A stretch of DNA of 64,000 nt. Origin: Heterodontus francisci (Eukaryota). Below the pieces are notes generated by a model. That model saw only the letters and a list, made by a program, of their open reading frames with translations, made no database searches and was not told the origin of the DNA. Positions 1-10,782 of this stretch are shown here, one piece after another (position 1 is the stretch's first letter; the number at the start of each line of letters is the position of its first letter). The position numbers and the translations under genes are program-made. The stretch lies in contig NC_090399.1 in assembly GCF_036365525.1 (NCBI RefSeq), forward strand, positions 23,260,529 to 23,324,528, given 5' to 3'.

Positions 1-239
1 GGAAGGTCATTGACGTGAAATGTTAACTCTGTTTCTCCCTCCACAGTTGTTGACTTGAACCATAGAATCATTCCAGCACAGAAGGAGGTCACTTGGCCTG
101 TCGCGTTCTGCTCAGTATTTCCATCATTTTCTGTTTACATTTCATCTAACCCTATCCGCATATCTTATTGCTTTCTCCCTCATGTACTCATCTACCTACA
201 CCGTATAATGCACCAATTCTATTTCCTTCAAATACCCCA

Positions 240-590
240 TATAGTAGTGAGTTCCACATTCTCACCACCCGCTGCGTAAAGTGTTTCCTAAATTCTTTAC
301 TGAATTTAAGAGTGACTGTCTTACAATGATGTGCCCCACAAGCGGAAACATTTTTTCTACGTCTATGCTAACAAACCCCTTCATAATTTTAAAGGCTTCT
401 ACCACATCACCCCTTGGCCTTCTTTCTAGCGGAAAGAGCCCCAGCATGTTCAATCTTCCCTGATAGTTATAACCTCTCAGTTCTGGTACCATCCTTGCAA
501 ATCTTTTTTGCTGCTTCTCCAGTGCGTCTACATCCTTTTTGATAATATGGAGGTTAGAACTATGCATTGTCCTCCAAGTGTGTTTTAACC
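240..590 (-). mobile_element. CR1 LINE 3' fragment (degenerate ORF2 C-terminus)
   Basis: ORF 262..594 reads KDVDALEKQQKRFARMVPELRG...LGLFPLERR..RGD, matching the ORF2 C-terminus of the intact CR1 in this window. Confidence 0.8.
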
Positions 591-644
591 ACAATTGAGT
601 TTCTTCATTCTGCCACTTTACAATGCAACCAGTCCATACAAAGC

Positions 645-1135
645 CACATTATAGGAAGGATGTGATTGCACTGGAGAGGGTGCAGAGGAGATTCACCAGG
701 CTGGAGCATTTCAGCTATGAAGAGAGACTGGATAGGCTAGGGTTGTTTTCCTTAGAGCAGAGAAGGCTGAGGGGGACCTGACTGAGGTATACAAAACTTT
801 GAGGGGCATAAATAGGAAGAAACTTTTTCCCTTAGTGAGATGTCAATAAAGCACAGATTTAAGGTAAAGGACAGGAGGTTTAGAGGGGATTTGAGGAAAG
901 TTTTTTTCACCCAGAGGGTGGTTGGAATCTGGAACACACTGCCTGAAGAGGTGGTAGAGGCAGGAACCCTCACAACATTTAAGAAGTATTTAGATGAGCA
1001 CTTGAAACTCCTCAGCATACAAGGCTACGGGCCAAGTGCTGGAAAATGGGATTAGCATAGATAGGTGCTTGATGGCCGGCATGGACATGATGGGCCGAAG
1101 GGCCTGTTTCTGTGCTGTATAACTCTATGACTCGA
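645..1135 (+). mobile_element. CR1 LINE 3' fragment
   Basis: [18 protein letters not shown]...FFTQRVVGIWNTLP motifs; CR1 tail GGCCGAAGGGCCTGTTTCTGTGCTGTATAACTCTATGACTC. Confidence 0.85.
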
Positions 1136-1321
1136 ACAGGTTTTCTCAGACAGGTACCCCTGTTGCCCTGCTAATGATGCAGGCCATTGCCTGATTCAGG
1201 CAAGTGCCCTGACTACGGAATTTAGGTCAAGTTCAAAGGTCCCCAATAATGCTTAAGTAAATGCTCTCCATCCATTCAGATCTTCCCTCCCAAAAGAAAA
1301 TTGTTGGCTGACATCTTTTTA

Positions 1322-1748
1322 AAGTGTCAGCTCTTGCAGCTGAGTCAGAATGGTTGTGGGATTGCATCCCACTCAAGCACAAAATCAAAGTTGATGCTCT
1401 CCAGTGCAGTAATGAGGGAGTGCTGCAGTGTCGGAGGTGCCGTCTTTCGGATAAGACGTTAAACCGAGGCTCCGTCTGCCCTCTAACATGGATGTCAAAA
1501 TCCCATGGCACTATTTTGAAGAGCAGGGGAATTCTCCCCTGTGTCCCGGTCAATATTTGTCCCTCAACCAACATCACTCTCAGGTCATTATCACATTGCT
1601 GTTTGTGGGAGCTTGCTGTGCACAAATTGGTTGCTGCATTTCTTACATTACAATAATAAATATACTTCAAATGTATTTTATTGGCTGAAAATTGCTTTGG
1701 ACCATCCTGAGGTCATGAAAGGCACTGTATAAATACAAGTCTTTCTGT
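1322..1748 (+). mobile_element. DeuSINE-family SINE (SacSINE1/AmnSINE1-like)
   Basis: Deu-domain-like core GAGGGAGTGCTGCA..GGAGGTGCCGTCTTTCGGAT..AAACCGAGG..CCCATGGCACT and L2-like tail TATAAATACAAGTCTTT; about ten related copies in the window. Confidence 0.7.
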
Positions 1749-2426
1749 TTTTAATAACCATATAAATAACTGAAAATAAAGATTTCAGGAGGGAAGCAGA
1801 AACAAATAAATGCAAATGCTTACATCTTAAACAAATACTTATAATACACCATGGGAAGAAAGGGAAAAAATATACATGGAATAAAAGGGACAGTGGCAGC
1901 ATTGATATGAAGTTGGTTGAATGGTAGGAAACAATAGTAGTGAAAGGTTGTTTTTCAGCCTGGAGGAGGGTGTATAGTGGGGTTCCCCAGGGGTTGCTAT
2001 TAGGATCATTGCTTTTCTTAATATAGACCTAGACTTGGGTGTACAGGGCACAATTTCATAATTTGCAGATGACACAAAATTGGGAAGTATAGTGAACTGT
2101 GAGGAGGATAGTGATAGACTTCAAGACGACATAGACAGGCTGGTAGAATGGGCAGACACATGGCAAATGAAATTTAATGCAGAGAAGTGTGAAGTGATAC
2201 ATTTTGGTAGGAAGAATGAGGAGAGACAATATAAACTAAGGGGTACAATTCTAAAGGGGGTACAGGAGCAGAGGGGCCTGGAGGTTTATAGGCACAAATC
2301 ATTGAAGGTGGCAGGGCAGGTTGAGGAAGTGGTTTAAAAATCATATTTTTAGAATTAGAATTAGAATTAGAATATTACAGCGCAGTACAGGCCCTTCGGC
2401 CCTCGATGTTGCGCCGATCATCTGAC

Positions 2427-5318
2427 CTACACTATTCCATTTACATCCATATGTCTATCCAATGACCACTTAAATGCCCTTAAAGTTGGCGAGTCTACTA
2501 CTGTTGCAGGCAGGGCGTTCCACGCCCCTACTACTCTCTGCGTAAAGAAACTACCTCTGACATCTGTCCTATATCTTTCACCCCTCAACTTAAAGCTATG
2601 TCCCCTCGTGTTTGCCATCCTCATCCAAGGAAAAAGACTCTCACTATCCACCCTATCTAACCCTCTGATTATCTTGTATGTCTCTATTAAGTCACCTCTC
2701 CTCCTCCTTCTCTCTAACGAAAACAACCCCAAGTCCCTCAGCCTTTCCTCGTAAGACCTTCCTTCCATACCAGGCAACATCCTAGTAAATCTCCTCTGCA
2801 CCCTTTCCAAAGCTTCGACATCCTTCCTATAATGCGGTGACCAGAACTGCACGCAATACTCCAGGTGCGGCCTCACCAGAGTTTTGTACAGCTGCATCAT
2901 GACCCCGTGGCTCTGAAACTCGATCCCCCTACTAATAAAGGCTAACACACCATATGCCTTCTTAACAGCCCTATTAACCTGGGTAGCAACTTTCAGGGAT
3001 TTATGTACCTGGATACCAAGATCTCTCTGCTCATCTACACTACCAAGAATCTTCCCATTAGCCCAGTACTCTGCATTGCTGTTACTCCTTCCAAAGTGAA
3101 TCACCTCACACTTCTCCGCATTAAACTCCATTTGCCATCTCTCAGCCCAGCTCTGCAGCCTATCAATGTCCCTCTGTACCCTACAACACCCTTCGACACT
3201 ATCCACAACTCCACCGACCTTCGTGTCATCCGCAAATTTACTAACCCACCCTTCTACACCCTCATCCAGGTCGTTTATAAAAATGACAAACAGCAGTGGC
3301 CCCAAAACAGAACCTTGCGGTACACCACTAGTAACTAAACTCCAGGATGAACATTTGCCATCAACCACCACCCTCTGTCTTCTTTCAGCTAGCCAATTTC
3401 TGATCCAAAGCTCTAAATCACCTTCAACCCCATACTTGCGTATTTTCTGCAATAGCCTACCGTGGGGAACCTTATCAAACGCCTTACTGAAATCCATATA
3501 CACCACATCCACGGCTTTACCCTCATCCACCTGTTTGGTCACCTTCTCGAAAAACTCAATAAGGTTTGTGAGGCACGACCTACCTTTCACAAAACCGTGC
3601 TGACTATCGCAAATGAACTTATTCTTTTCAAGATGATTATAAATCCTGTCTCTTATAACCTTTTCCAACATTTTACCCACAACCGAAGTAAGGCTCACAG
3701 GTCTATAATTACCAGGGCTGTCTCTACTCCCCTTCTTGAACAAGGGGACAACATTTGCTATCCTCCAGTCCTCCGGCACTACTCCTGTCGACAATGACGA
3801 CTTAAAGATCAACAACAACGGCTCTGCAATCTCCTCCCTGGCTTCCCAGAGAATCCTAGGATAAATCCCATCTGGCCCAGGGGACTTATCTATTTTCACT
3901 CTTTCCAAAATTGCTAACACCTCCTCCTTGTGAATCTCAATCCCATCTAGCCTAGTAGGCTGTATCTCAGTAATCTCCTCGGCAACATTTTCTTTCTCTA
4001 CTGTAAATACTGACGAAAAATATTCATTTAACGCTTCCCCTATCTCCTCTGATTCCGCACACAACTTCCCACTACTATCCTTGATTGGCCCTGTTCTAAC
4101 TCTTATCATTCGTTTATTCCTGATATACCTATAGAAAGCCTTAGGGTTTTCTTTGATCCTATCCGCCAATGACTTCTCGTGTCCTCTCCTTGCTCTTCTT
4201 AGCCCTCCCTTTAGATCCTTCCTGGCTAGCTTGTAACTCTCAAGCGCCCTAACTGAGCCTTCACGTCTCATCCTAACATAAGCCGCCCTCTTCCTCTTGA
4301 CAAGCGCTTCAACTTCTTGAGTAAACCACGGCTCCCTTGCTCGACAACTTCCTCCCTGCCTGACAGGTACATACTTATCAAGGACACGCATTAGCTGCTC
4401 CTTGAATAAGCTCCACATTTCGTTTGTGCCCATCCCCTGCAGTTTCCTTCCCCATCCTACACATCCTAAATCTTGCCTAATCGCGTCATAATTTCCTTTC
4501 CCCCAGCTATAATTCTTGCCCTGCGGTATATACCTGTCCCTGCCCATCGCTAAGGTAAACCTAACCGAATTGTGATCACTATCGCCAAAGTGCTCACCTA
4601 CATCTAAATCAAACACCTGGCCGGGTTCATTACCCAGTACCAAATCCAATGTGGCATCGCCCCTGGTTGGCCTGTCCACATACTGTGTCAGAAAACCCTC
4701 CTGCACACACTGGACAAAAACAGACCCATCTAAAGTACTCGAACTATAGTATTTCCAGTCAATATTTGGAAAGTTAAAGTCCCCCATAACCACTACCCTG
4801 TTACTCTCGCTCCTGTCGAGAATCATCTTCACTATCCTTTCCTCTACATCTCTGGAACTATTCGGAGGTCTATAGAAAACTCCCAACAGGGTGACCTCTC
4901 CTCTCCTGTTTCTAACCTCGGCCCAGACTACCTCAGTAGACGAGTCCTCAAACGTCCTTTCTGCCGCTGTAATACTTTCCTTGATTAACAATGCCACACC
5001 CCCCCCTCTTTTACCCTCTTCTCTGTTCTTTCTGAAACATCTAAATCCCAGAACCTGCAACATCCATTCCTGCCCCTGCTCTACCCATGTCTCCGAAATG
5101 GCCACAACATCAGGATCCCAGGTACCAACCCATGCTGCAAGCTCACCCACCTTATTCCGGATGCTCCTGGCGTTGAAGTAGACACACTTTAAACCAAGTT
5201 CTTGCTTGCCAGTGCCCTCTTGCGTCCCTGTAACCTTATCCCCTACCTCACTACTCTCAACAGCCTGGACACTGGCACTGCAATTTAGGTTCCCATTCCC
5301 CTGCTGATTTAGTTTAAA
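2427..5318 (-). CDS. CR1 ORF2: APE endonuclease + reverse transcriptase (frame open from 5318, no AUG before the first EN motifs)
   Basis: LKCVYFNARS, ISETW, GDFNFP, SDHN, YRPVSLTS, QHGF, DFSKAFD, GVPQGSVLGP, FADD; I translated 5151-5318 in frame and found no stop and no ATG. Confidence 0.93.
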   Translation of the reverse strand, partial: FKLNQQGNGNLNCSASVQAVESSEVGDKVTGTQEGTGKQELGLKCVYFNARSIRNKVGELAAWVGTWDPDVVAISETWVEQGQEWMLQVLGFRCFRKNREEGKRGGGVALLIKESITAAERTFEDSSTEVVWAEVRNRRGEVTLLGVFYRPPNSSRDVEERIVKMILDRSESNRVVVMGDFNFPNIDWKYYSSSTLDGSVFVQCVQEGFLTQYVDRPTRGDATLDLVLGNEPGQVFDLDVGEHFGDSDHNSVRFTLAMGRDRYIPQGKNYSWGKGNYDAIRQDLGCVGWGRKLQGMGTNEMWSLFKEQLMRVLDKYVPVRQGGSCRAREPWFTQEVEALVKRKRAAYVRMRREGSVRALESYKLARKDLKGGLRRARRGHEKSLADRIKENPKAFYRYIRNKRMIRVRTGPIKDSSGKLCAESEEIGEALNEYFSSVFTVEKENVAEEITEIQPTRLDGIEIHKEEVLAILERVKIDKSPGPDGIYPRILWEAREEIAEPLLLIFKSSLSTGVVPEDWRIANVVPLFKKGSRDSPGNYRPVSLTSVVGKMLEKVIRDRIYNHLEKNKFICDSQHGFVKGRSCLTNLIEFFEKVTKQVDEGKAVDVVYMDFSKAFDKVPHGRLLQKIRKYGVEGDLELWIRNWLAERRQRVVVDGKCSSWSLVTSGVPQGSVLGPLLFVIFINDLDEGVEGWVSKFADDTKVGGVVDSVEGCCRVQRDIDRLQSWAERWQMEFNAEKCEVIHFGRSNSNAEYWANGKILGSVDEQRDLGIQVHKSLKVATQVNRAVKKAYGVLAFISRGIEFQSHGVMMQLYKTLVRPHLEYCVQFWSPHYRKDVEALERVQRRFTRMLPGMEGRSYEERLRDLGLFSLERRRRRGDLIETYKIIRGLDRVDSESLFPWMRMANTRGHSFKLRGERYRTDVRGSFFTQRVVGAWNALPATVVDSPTLRAFKWSLDRHMDVNGIV

Positions 5319-6244
5319 CCCCCCCGAAGAGCACTAACAAATCTCCCCCCCAGGATATTGGTACCCCTCTGGTTCAGGTGAAGACCATCCTGTTTGTAGA
5401 GGTCCCACCTACCCCAGAAAGAGCCCCAATTATCCAGGAAACCAAAACCCTCCCTCCTACACCATCCCTGCAGCCACGTGTTCAACTCCTCTCTCTCCCT
5501 ATTCCTCTCTTCGCTAGCACGTGGCACAGGCAACAACCCAGAGATAACAACTCTGGTTGTTCTCGCTCTAAGCTTCCACCCTAGCTCCCTGAATTTCTGC
5601 CTTAAATCCCCATCTCTCTTCCTACCTATGTCGTTGGTGCCTATGTGGACCACGACTTGGGGGTGCTCCCCCTCCCCCTTAAGGATCCCAAAAACACGAT
5701 CGGAGACATCACGTACCCTGGCACCTGGGAGGCAACACACCAACCGTGAGTCTCTCTCGTTCCCACAGAACCTCCTATCTGTTCCCCTAACTATGGAGTC
5801 CCCAATGACTAATGCTCTGCTCCTCTTCCCTTTTCCCTTCTGAGCAACAGGGACAGACTCTGTGCCAGAGACCTGCACCCCATTGCTTACCCCTGGTAAG
5901 TCGTCCCCCCCAACAGTATCCAAAACGGTATACCTGTTGTTGAGGGAAACGGCCACAGGGGATCCCTGCACTGCCTGCTGGTTCCCTTTCCTTCCCCTGA
6001 CGGTAACCCATCTACCTACTTCTTTTACCTGAGGTGTGACTGCCTCCCTATAACTCCTGTCAATAATCCCCTCCGCCTCCCGAATGATCCGAAGTTCATC
6101 CAGCTCCAGCTCCAGTTCCCTAACGCGGTCTGCGAGGAGCTGGAGTTGGGTGCACTTCCCGCAGATGCAGTCAGCAGGGACACTCTTGGCGACCCCTACC
6201 TCCCACATTCTGCAGGAGGAACATACAACTGCCTTTACCTCCAT
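5309..6244 (-). CDS. CR1 ORF1p: zinc finger/leucine zipper + SGNH (GDSL-type) esterase
   Basis: CxxC...CxKC, LADRVRELELEL zipper, VIGDSIVRG, HIGTND, DGLHLN; ATG at 6244 (GTG at 6250). Confidence 0.92.
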   Translation of the reverse strand: MEVKAVVCSSCRMWEVGVAKSVPADCICGKCTQLQLLADRVRELELELDELRIIREAEGIIDRSYREAVTPQVKEVGRWVTVRGRKGNQQAVQGSPVAVSLNNRYTVLDTVGGDDLPGVSNGVQVSGTESVPVAQKGKGKRSRALVIGDSIVRGTDRRFCGNERDSRLVCCLPGARVRDVSDRVFGILKGEGEHPQVVVHIGTNDIGRKRDGDLRQKFRELGWKLRARTTRVVISGLLPVPRASEERNREREELNTWLQGWCRREGFGFLDNWGSFWGRWDLYKQDGLHLNQRGTNILGGRFVSALRGGLN

Positions 6245-6443
6245 TCCCACTATTCTAGATTCCCAATAAATCTACTGAAAAACCAAACGAAAAAAAAAGT
6301 CAAAACTTGTTCGCTTAGCAATCCGACGGACTGAAGTTTTAAATAAAAAGCTTACCTTATCAACACCCTAGAGTCCTTTTTTTTTGGTTAGAGGAGGAGG
6401 GTGGGTGGGAGACACTACACGTGTAGTGTCTCGGGTACTGCCA

Positions 6444-7450
6444 CTGCCCAAATAAATAGTTTTCCCCTACCCAGCAGTCCCCGGTCCTCCGAAACAAAAA
6501 AGGGATTAACTTGTAACTTACTGAAATTGACCGCTCAGCTGAAAGTCCGCTCCGCACCCCGTTCTATCAAGGCTGCTCCTCGCAAAAGACAAAGATTTTA
6601 AAACTGCCCAAATAAATAGTTTTCCCCTACCCAGCAGTCCCCGGTCCTCCGAAACAAAAAAGGGATTAACTTGTAACTTACTGAAATTGACCGCTCAGCT
6701 GAAAGTCCGCTCCGCACCCCGTTCTATCAAGGCTGCTCCTCGCAAAAGACAAAGATTTTAAAACTGCCCAAATAAATAGTTTTCCCCTACCCAGCAGTCC
6801 CCGGTCCTCCGAAACAAAAAAGGGATTAACTTGTAACTTACTGAAATTGACCGCTCAGCTGAAAGTCCGCTCCGCACCCCGTTCTATCAAGGCTGCTCCT
6901 CGCAAAAGACAAAGATTTTAAAACTGCCCAAATAAATAGTTTTCCCCTACCCAGCAGTCCCCGGTCCTCCGAAACAAAAAAGGGATTAACTTGTAATTTA
7001 CTGAAATTGACCGCTCAGCTGAAAATCCGCTCCGCACCCCGTTCTATCAAGGCTGCTCCTCGCAAAAGACAAAGATTTTAAAACTGCCCAAATAAATAGT
7101 TTTCCCCTACCCAGCAGTCCCCGGTCCTCCGAAACAAAAAAGGGATTAACTTTTAATTTACTGAAATTGACCGCTCAGCTGAAAGTCCGCTCCGCACCCC
7201 GTTCTATCAAGGCTGCTCCTCGCAAAAGACAAAGATTTTAAAACTGCCCAAATAAATAGTTTTCCCCTACCCAGCAGTCCCCGGTCCTCCGAAACAAAAA
7301 AGGGATTAACTTGTAATTTACTGAAATTGACCGCTCAGCTGAAAGTCCGCTCCGCACCCCGTTCTATCAAGGCTGCTCCTCGCAAAAGACAAAGATTTTA
7401 AAACTGCCCAAATAAATAGTTTTCCCCTACCCAGCAGTCCCCGGTCCTCC
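6444..7450 (-). repeat. 160-bp tandem monomer array forming the CR1 5' end (~6.3 copies)
   Basis: CTGCCCAAATAAATAG recurs at 6444, 6604, 6764, 6924, 7084, 7244, 7404 with very few substitutions. Confidence 0.95.
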
Positions 7451-8010
7451 TATGGGGCCCTGGGCTTTATAAGTAGAGGCATAGAGTAAAAAGGTAAAGA
7501 AGTTAAGGGGAACTTTATAAAACACTTGTAGAGCATCAACAGGAATATAGTGTGTAATTCTGGACACCACACTTTAGGAAGGATGTGAAGGATTAGAGAC
7601 GGTGCAGAATAGCTCCAGGGATGAGGGATTTCAGTTAAGTGGATAGATTGGAGAAGCTGGGGTTTTTCTCCCCAGAGCAGAAAAGGTTGAGAGAGGATTC
7701 AATAGAGGTGAGAATCTGTTCACATTGACGGAAGGATCGAGAACCAGAGGACACTGATTTAAAGTGATTGGCAAAAAAAACAAAAGACGACGGGTGTCAC
7801 GCTTACGAGAAGTGTGATGATGAAAATTACAGACTAAAACTGAAGTTATAAAACAACTTAACTTTGCCTTTTTAAGAAAATGGACACTGTATTCAAACAT
7901 TGCCACACTGTGAGAGAAAAGAATACCTTCAAAGCTAAGAGGTGTCAACTGCACCCATGCTAAACCCATCCTGAAACATTCCTGAATTGAATGGGTTCTA
8001 CTGAAACAAA

Positions 8011-8736
8011 GGCCAGAATTTTACATTGGGCAGGAAGTCTCACTCACCGGCCAAAAAGTCAGCCGCGAGCCCACCTCCATCGGGCCTGGGAGCCACGCTA
8101 TTTTACGTTCCCCAGGCCCTTATTTGACCTTGGGTAGGACTTCCGCCCCTCTGAGGCAAGAAATCCTGCCCCCAAGAACTGCCGGCCAATCAGCAAGCCA
8201 GCAGCTTTCCGGCCCAGCAGCGCCACCAGGAGCCAATGAGAGGAGCAAGAGGGAAGTCAGCCCCTAAAAAAACGTTAAGTATGTGAGGCCTTGGCGGGGA
8301 CAATCGGCTGTGCCCCGGCGAGGCAAAGTGTGTCGGTTGAGGGGGGGTGGAATGTAGTGCAGTGGGTGCAGTTGGGCCATTGGGTGGGGGGGGGGGGTGC
8401 CCTCTGTGGGGCACAGGGTACCCAATCAGGAGGATCCCACCCCCCTCCCCCCAGCCCGCAAGGAAGCCACCAGGTTTTACTGTGCCGTCCTGGGTGTCCT
8501 GAGATGATCCTTAAGTAGCAGTACATTGGCCACTTAAGGGCCTTAATTGTCCTGGGCCGGGCCAGGCCATTCCTTGACATCGCTGCCCCTTGTAATATTA
8601 CAGCAGGGGCCGGAAGGTGACAGGAATGTACCCCCCCCCCCCCTCCCACCTCCCACTCAATTTAACGACCACCCGCCTCCAGCCCGCTCCTGTGGGTGGG
8701 GAGCGGGAGTGGGGGTGGGCGCGTAACATTCCGGCC
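8011..8736. mobile_element. GC-rich MITE / non-autonomous DNA transposon
   Basis: Imperfect terminal inverted repeats GGCCAGAATTTTAC / GTAACATTCCGGCC; GC-rich non-coding interior. Confidence 0.6.
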
Positions 8737-9376
8737 AGTTAAGTTATGAAGTGAGAACATCATAACCGGATTATTCCCATCCTGGGCCATTGTGTGATCA
8801 CCATGATGTTGTGACAAATGTTTTACCTTAAAATAAGACAGCCCTCAAAGAGAGAGGCTCCCAGAAAAGCTGCATCATCAAACTGCTTGTCCAGCTAAGG
8901 GGCTGGGAGAAGATCCAGCGAACCATAAGGGTGGCTCCCTGCTGTAAAATTCTACATTTTTAACTTGCACAGCGGTGAAATTGGAAGTGGCCCTCTGTCT
9001 TCAAACTGTACTTTCAACCAAGGGAGAAACCTACAAACACCTCAGGCTTGCAACCAACGGGAACTCGACTTCCGAGAGAACTCAACAGCTTTAGAGTGAA
9101 CCCCGAAACCTGAAATCACTTGAAAATCACTTACCCCCTTTTCCTCTCTATCTGTCTCTTCTTGCGTGTGCGAGTGATGTGTGAGTGGATACGGTTGCAA
9201 CAATTTCAGGATAAGGCATATCGTTCAATAAATGATTGATCTTCAATTTGAAACCTACAAGAAAACCTGTCGCTCTTTGTTTATTTGACAAATAAAACAC
9301 CAAGGGGTTAAACCCGAATAACACAAAAAACATTTGCTGCGGTCAGCTGAGAGTTAAACAGTGGGAATGACCCATA

Positions 9377-9589
9377 TGTTACATTCCAGAAAGCTTGTTA
9401 TGCAAGGGTAATACTGGACCCTATATTTACTCAGTTTCTCATTGATTGTGCAGAGCAACATGTAACTCCTCACTCAAAACTTCCAGCAGCCTCAATGAGT
9501 ATCTGCTTATAAGTGCTCAACGAAGACCCCAATTAACACCTTTCACCTGCATATAAACAAACCATGGGCACACAATTAACAGATTAACA
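9377..9589 (-). mobile_element. 213-bp solo LTR
   Basis: TGTTA...TAACA termini flanked by a perfect 5-bp duplication CCATA (9372-9376 / 9590-9594). Confidence 0.75.
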
Positions 9590-9902
9590 CCATACCCTTC
9601 ACCACGTGGTCAGAACTCAGCCAATGGTTACGATAGGGATACACTTCCTGAAAGGGTGATGGAGATTCAATCATGGCTTTCAAAAGGGAATTGGATAAGC
9701 ACCTGAGGGGCAAAAATTTACAAGGCTCTACAGGGAGAGGGTGGGAGAGAGTGAGACTAACTAAACTGTTCTTGGAGAGAGCTGGAATGGGCTCCATGGG
9801 CCGAATGATCTCCTTCTGTGCTGCTACGATTCTATTTAAATAACTGGGAATAAGAGTCTTTTAGGGGAGTAGAGAGCCGAACAAATATACTTGCATCTTA
9901 AA

Positions 9903-10312
9903 TGTCAGCCATGGCTCAGTATAGCACTCTCATCTCTGACTCTCCTACCTTGGAGAATTGTGCATTAAAGTTGGGCTGACGCTCCAGTGCAGGACTGAGG
10001 GAGTACTGCACTGCTGGAGGAGCCACCTTTCAACTGAGATGTTAAACTGAGGTCCCATCTGCCCTGTCCCCAGAGCAATATTCAAAGAAGAGCAGGGGAG
10101 TTCTCCACAGTGTCCCGGCCAATATTTATCTCTTAACATACACCACTTGTAAAAACACAGATTCATTGGTCATTAATACATTGCTGTTTGTAGGAATTTG
10201 CTGTGTGCAAATTAGTTTCCACATTTCTCTATGTTACACCAGTGACTATACTTCAAACATATTTCATTAGCTGTAAAGGGCTTTGTGATTTCCTGAGGTC
10301 ATGTCAATGCAA
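9903..10312 (+). mobile_element. DeuSINE copy
   Basis: Same core as 1322-1748; head TGTCAGCCATGGCTCAG. Confidence 0.65.
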
Positions 10313-10782
10313 ATGTTTGTAAAATTATAGGTAAATAGGATTACAAATGTTGTATCTGAGATGCATGTCATTCAGTTGGTTTAAGGAGTGTAATATTTTA
10401 CCTCATGTCAGTCACATGGTACATTGTTTAAGTAATTTTGCTGTAATGCAGAACTGGGTGAAAGGCTGCCATGCTTAGGCTGTGGTCAAACTACACTAAG
10501 CATCAATAACCGTGCTCCAAGGCCTAGAGCAATTCTACGGAAGAACAAATGAATGGCTGAACCCACAGTCCATTTGCAGCTCCAGCTATCTGCAAACTCT
10601 GTTTAAATGACTTTGAAGTGTAATTTTACAAGTCCATGCACCATTTGAGGAGCCTTGTCCTAATGGGAACACATACTGGAAATACAGGCAAACACTGTCC
10701 ACAATTTTCTTTAAATACGAATGAGTCAGTGCGCTGGGAATACGTAATGTATTCAATTATCCCCTTAAATATAGATAGAGAA

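Larger units (their letters stand above)
2347..7450 (-). mobile_element. Full-length, apparently intact CR1-clade LINE
   Basis: Uninterrupted ORF1 and ORF2, (TTCTAA)n 3' tail at 2347-2372, tandem 5' monomers, 3-bp target-site duplication TAT (2344-2346 / 7451-7453). Confidence 0.95.
7795..9613 (+). mobile_element. Solo-LTR-like element interrupting the old CR1, itself carrying two nested insertions
   Basis: Starts TGTCAC, AATAAA at ~9226 and ~9291, ends CCACGTGGTCAGAA exactly where CR1 homology resumes. Confidence 0.5.
1830..9835 (+). mobile_element. Old CR1 RT/3' fragment split by later insertions (pieces 1830-2346, 7451-7790, 9614-9835)
   Basis: FADDTK...WQMKFNAEKCEV...VVKK(S)Y stops at 2346 and resumes as YGALGFISRGIE at 7451; the 3' part resumes at ~9614. 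Confidence 0.75.

Noticed and set aside
3003-6334. Antisense and alternate-frame ORFs over the CR1
   Set aside because: Shadow ORFs of LINE coding sequence with no independent features
6444-7450. CRISPR-like arrays (also 31186-31470)
   Set aside because: Contiguous tandem units without unique spacers, no cas genes, eukaryotic retroelement context
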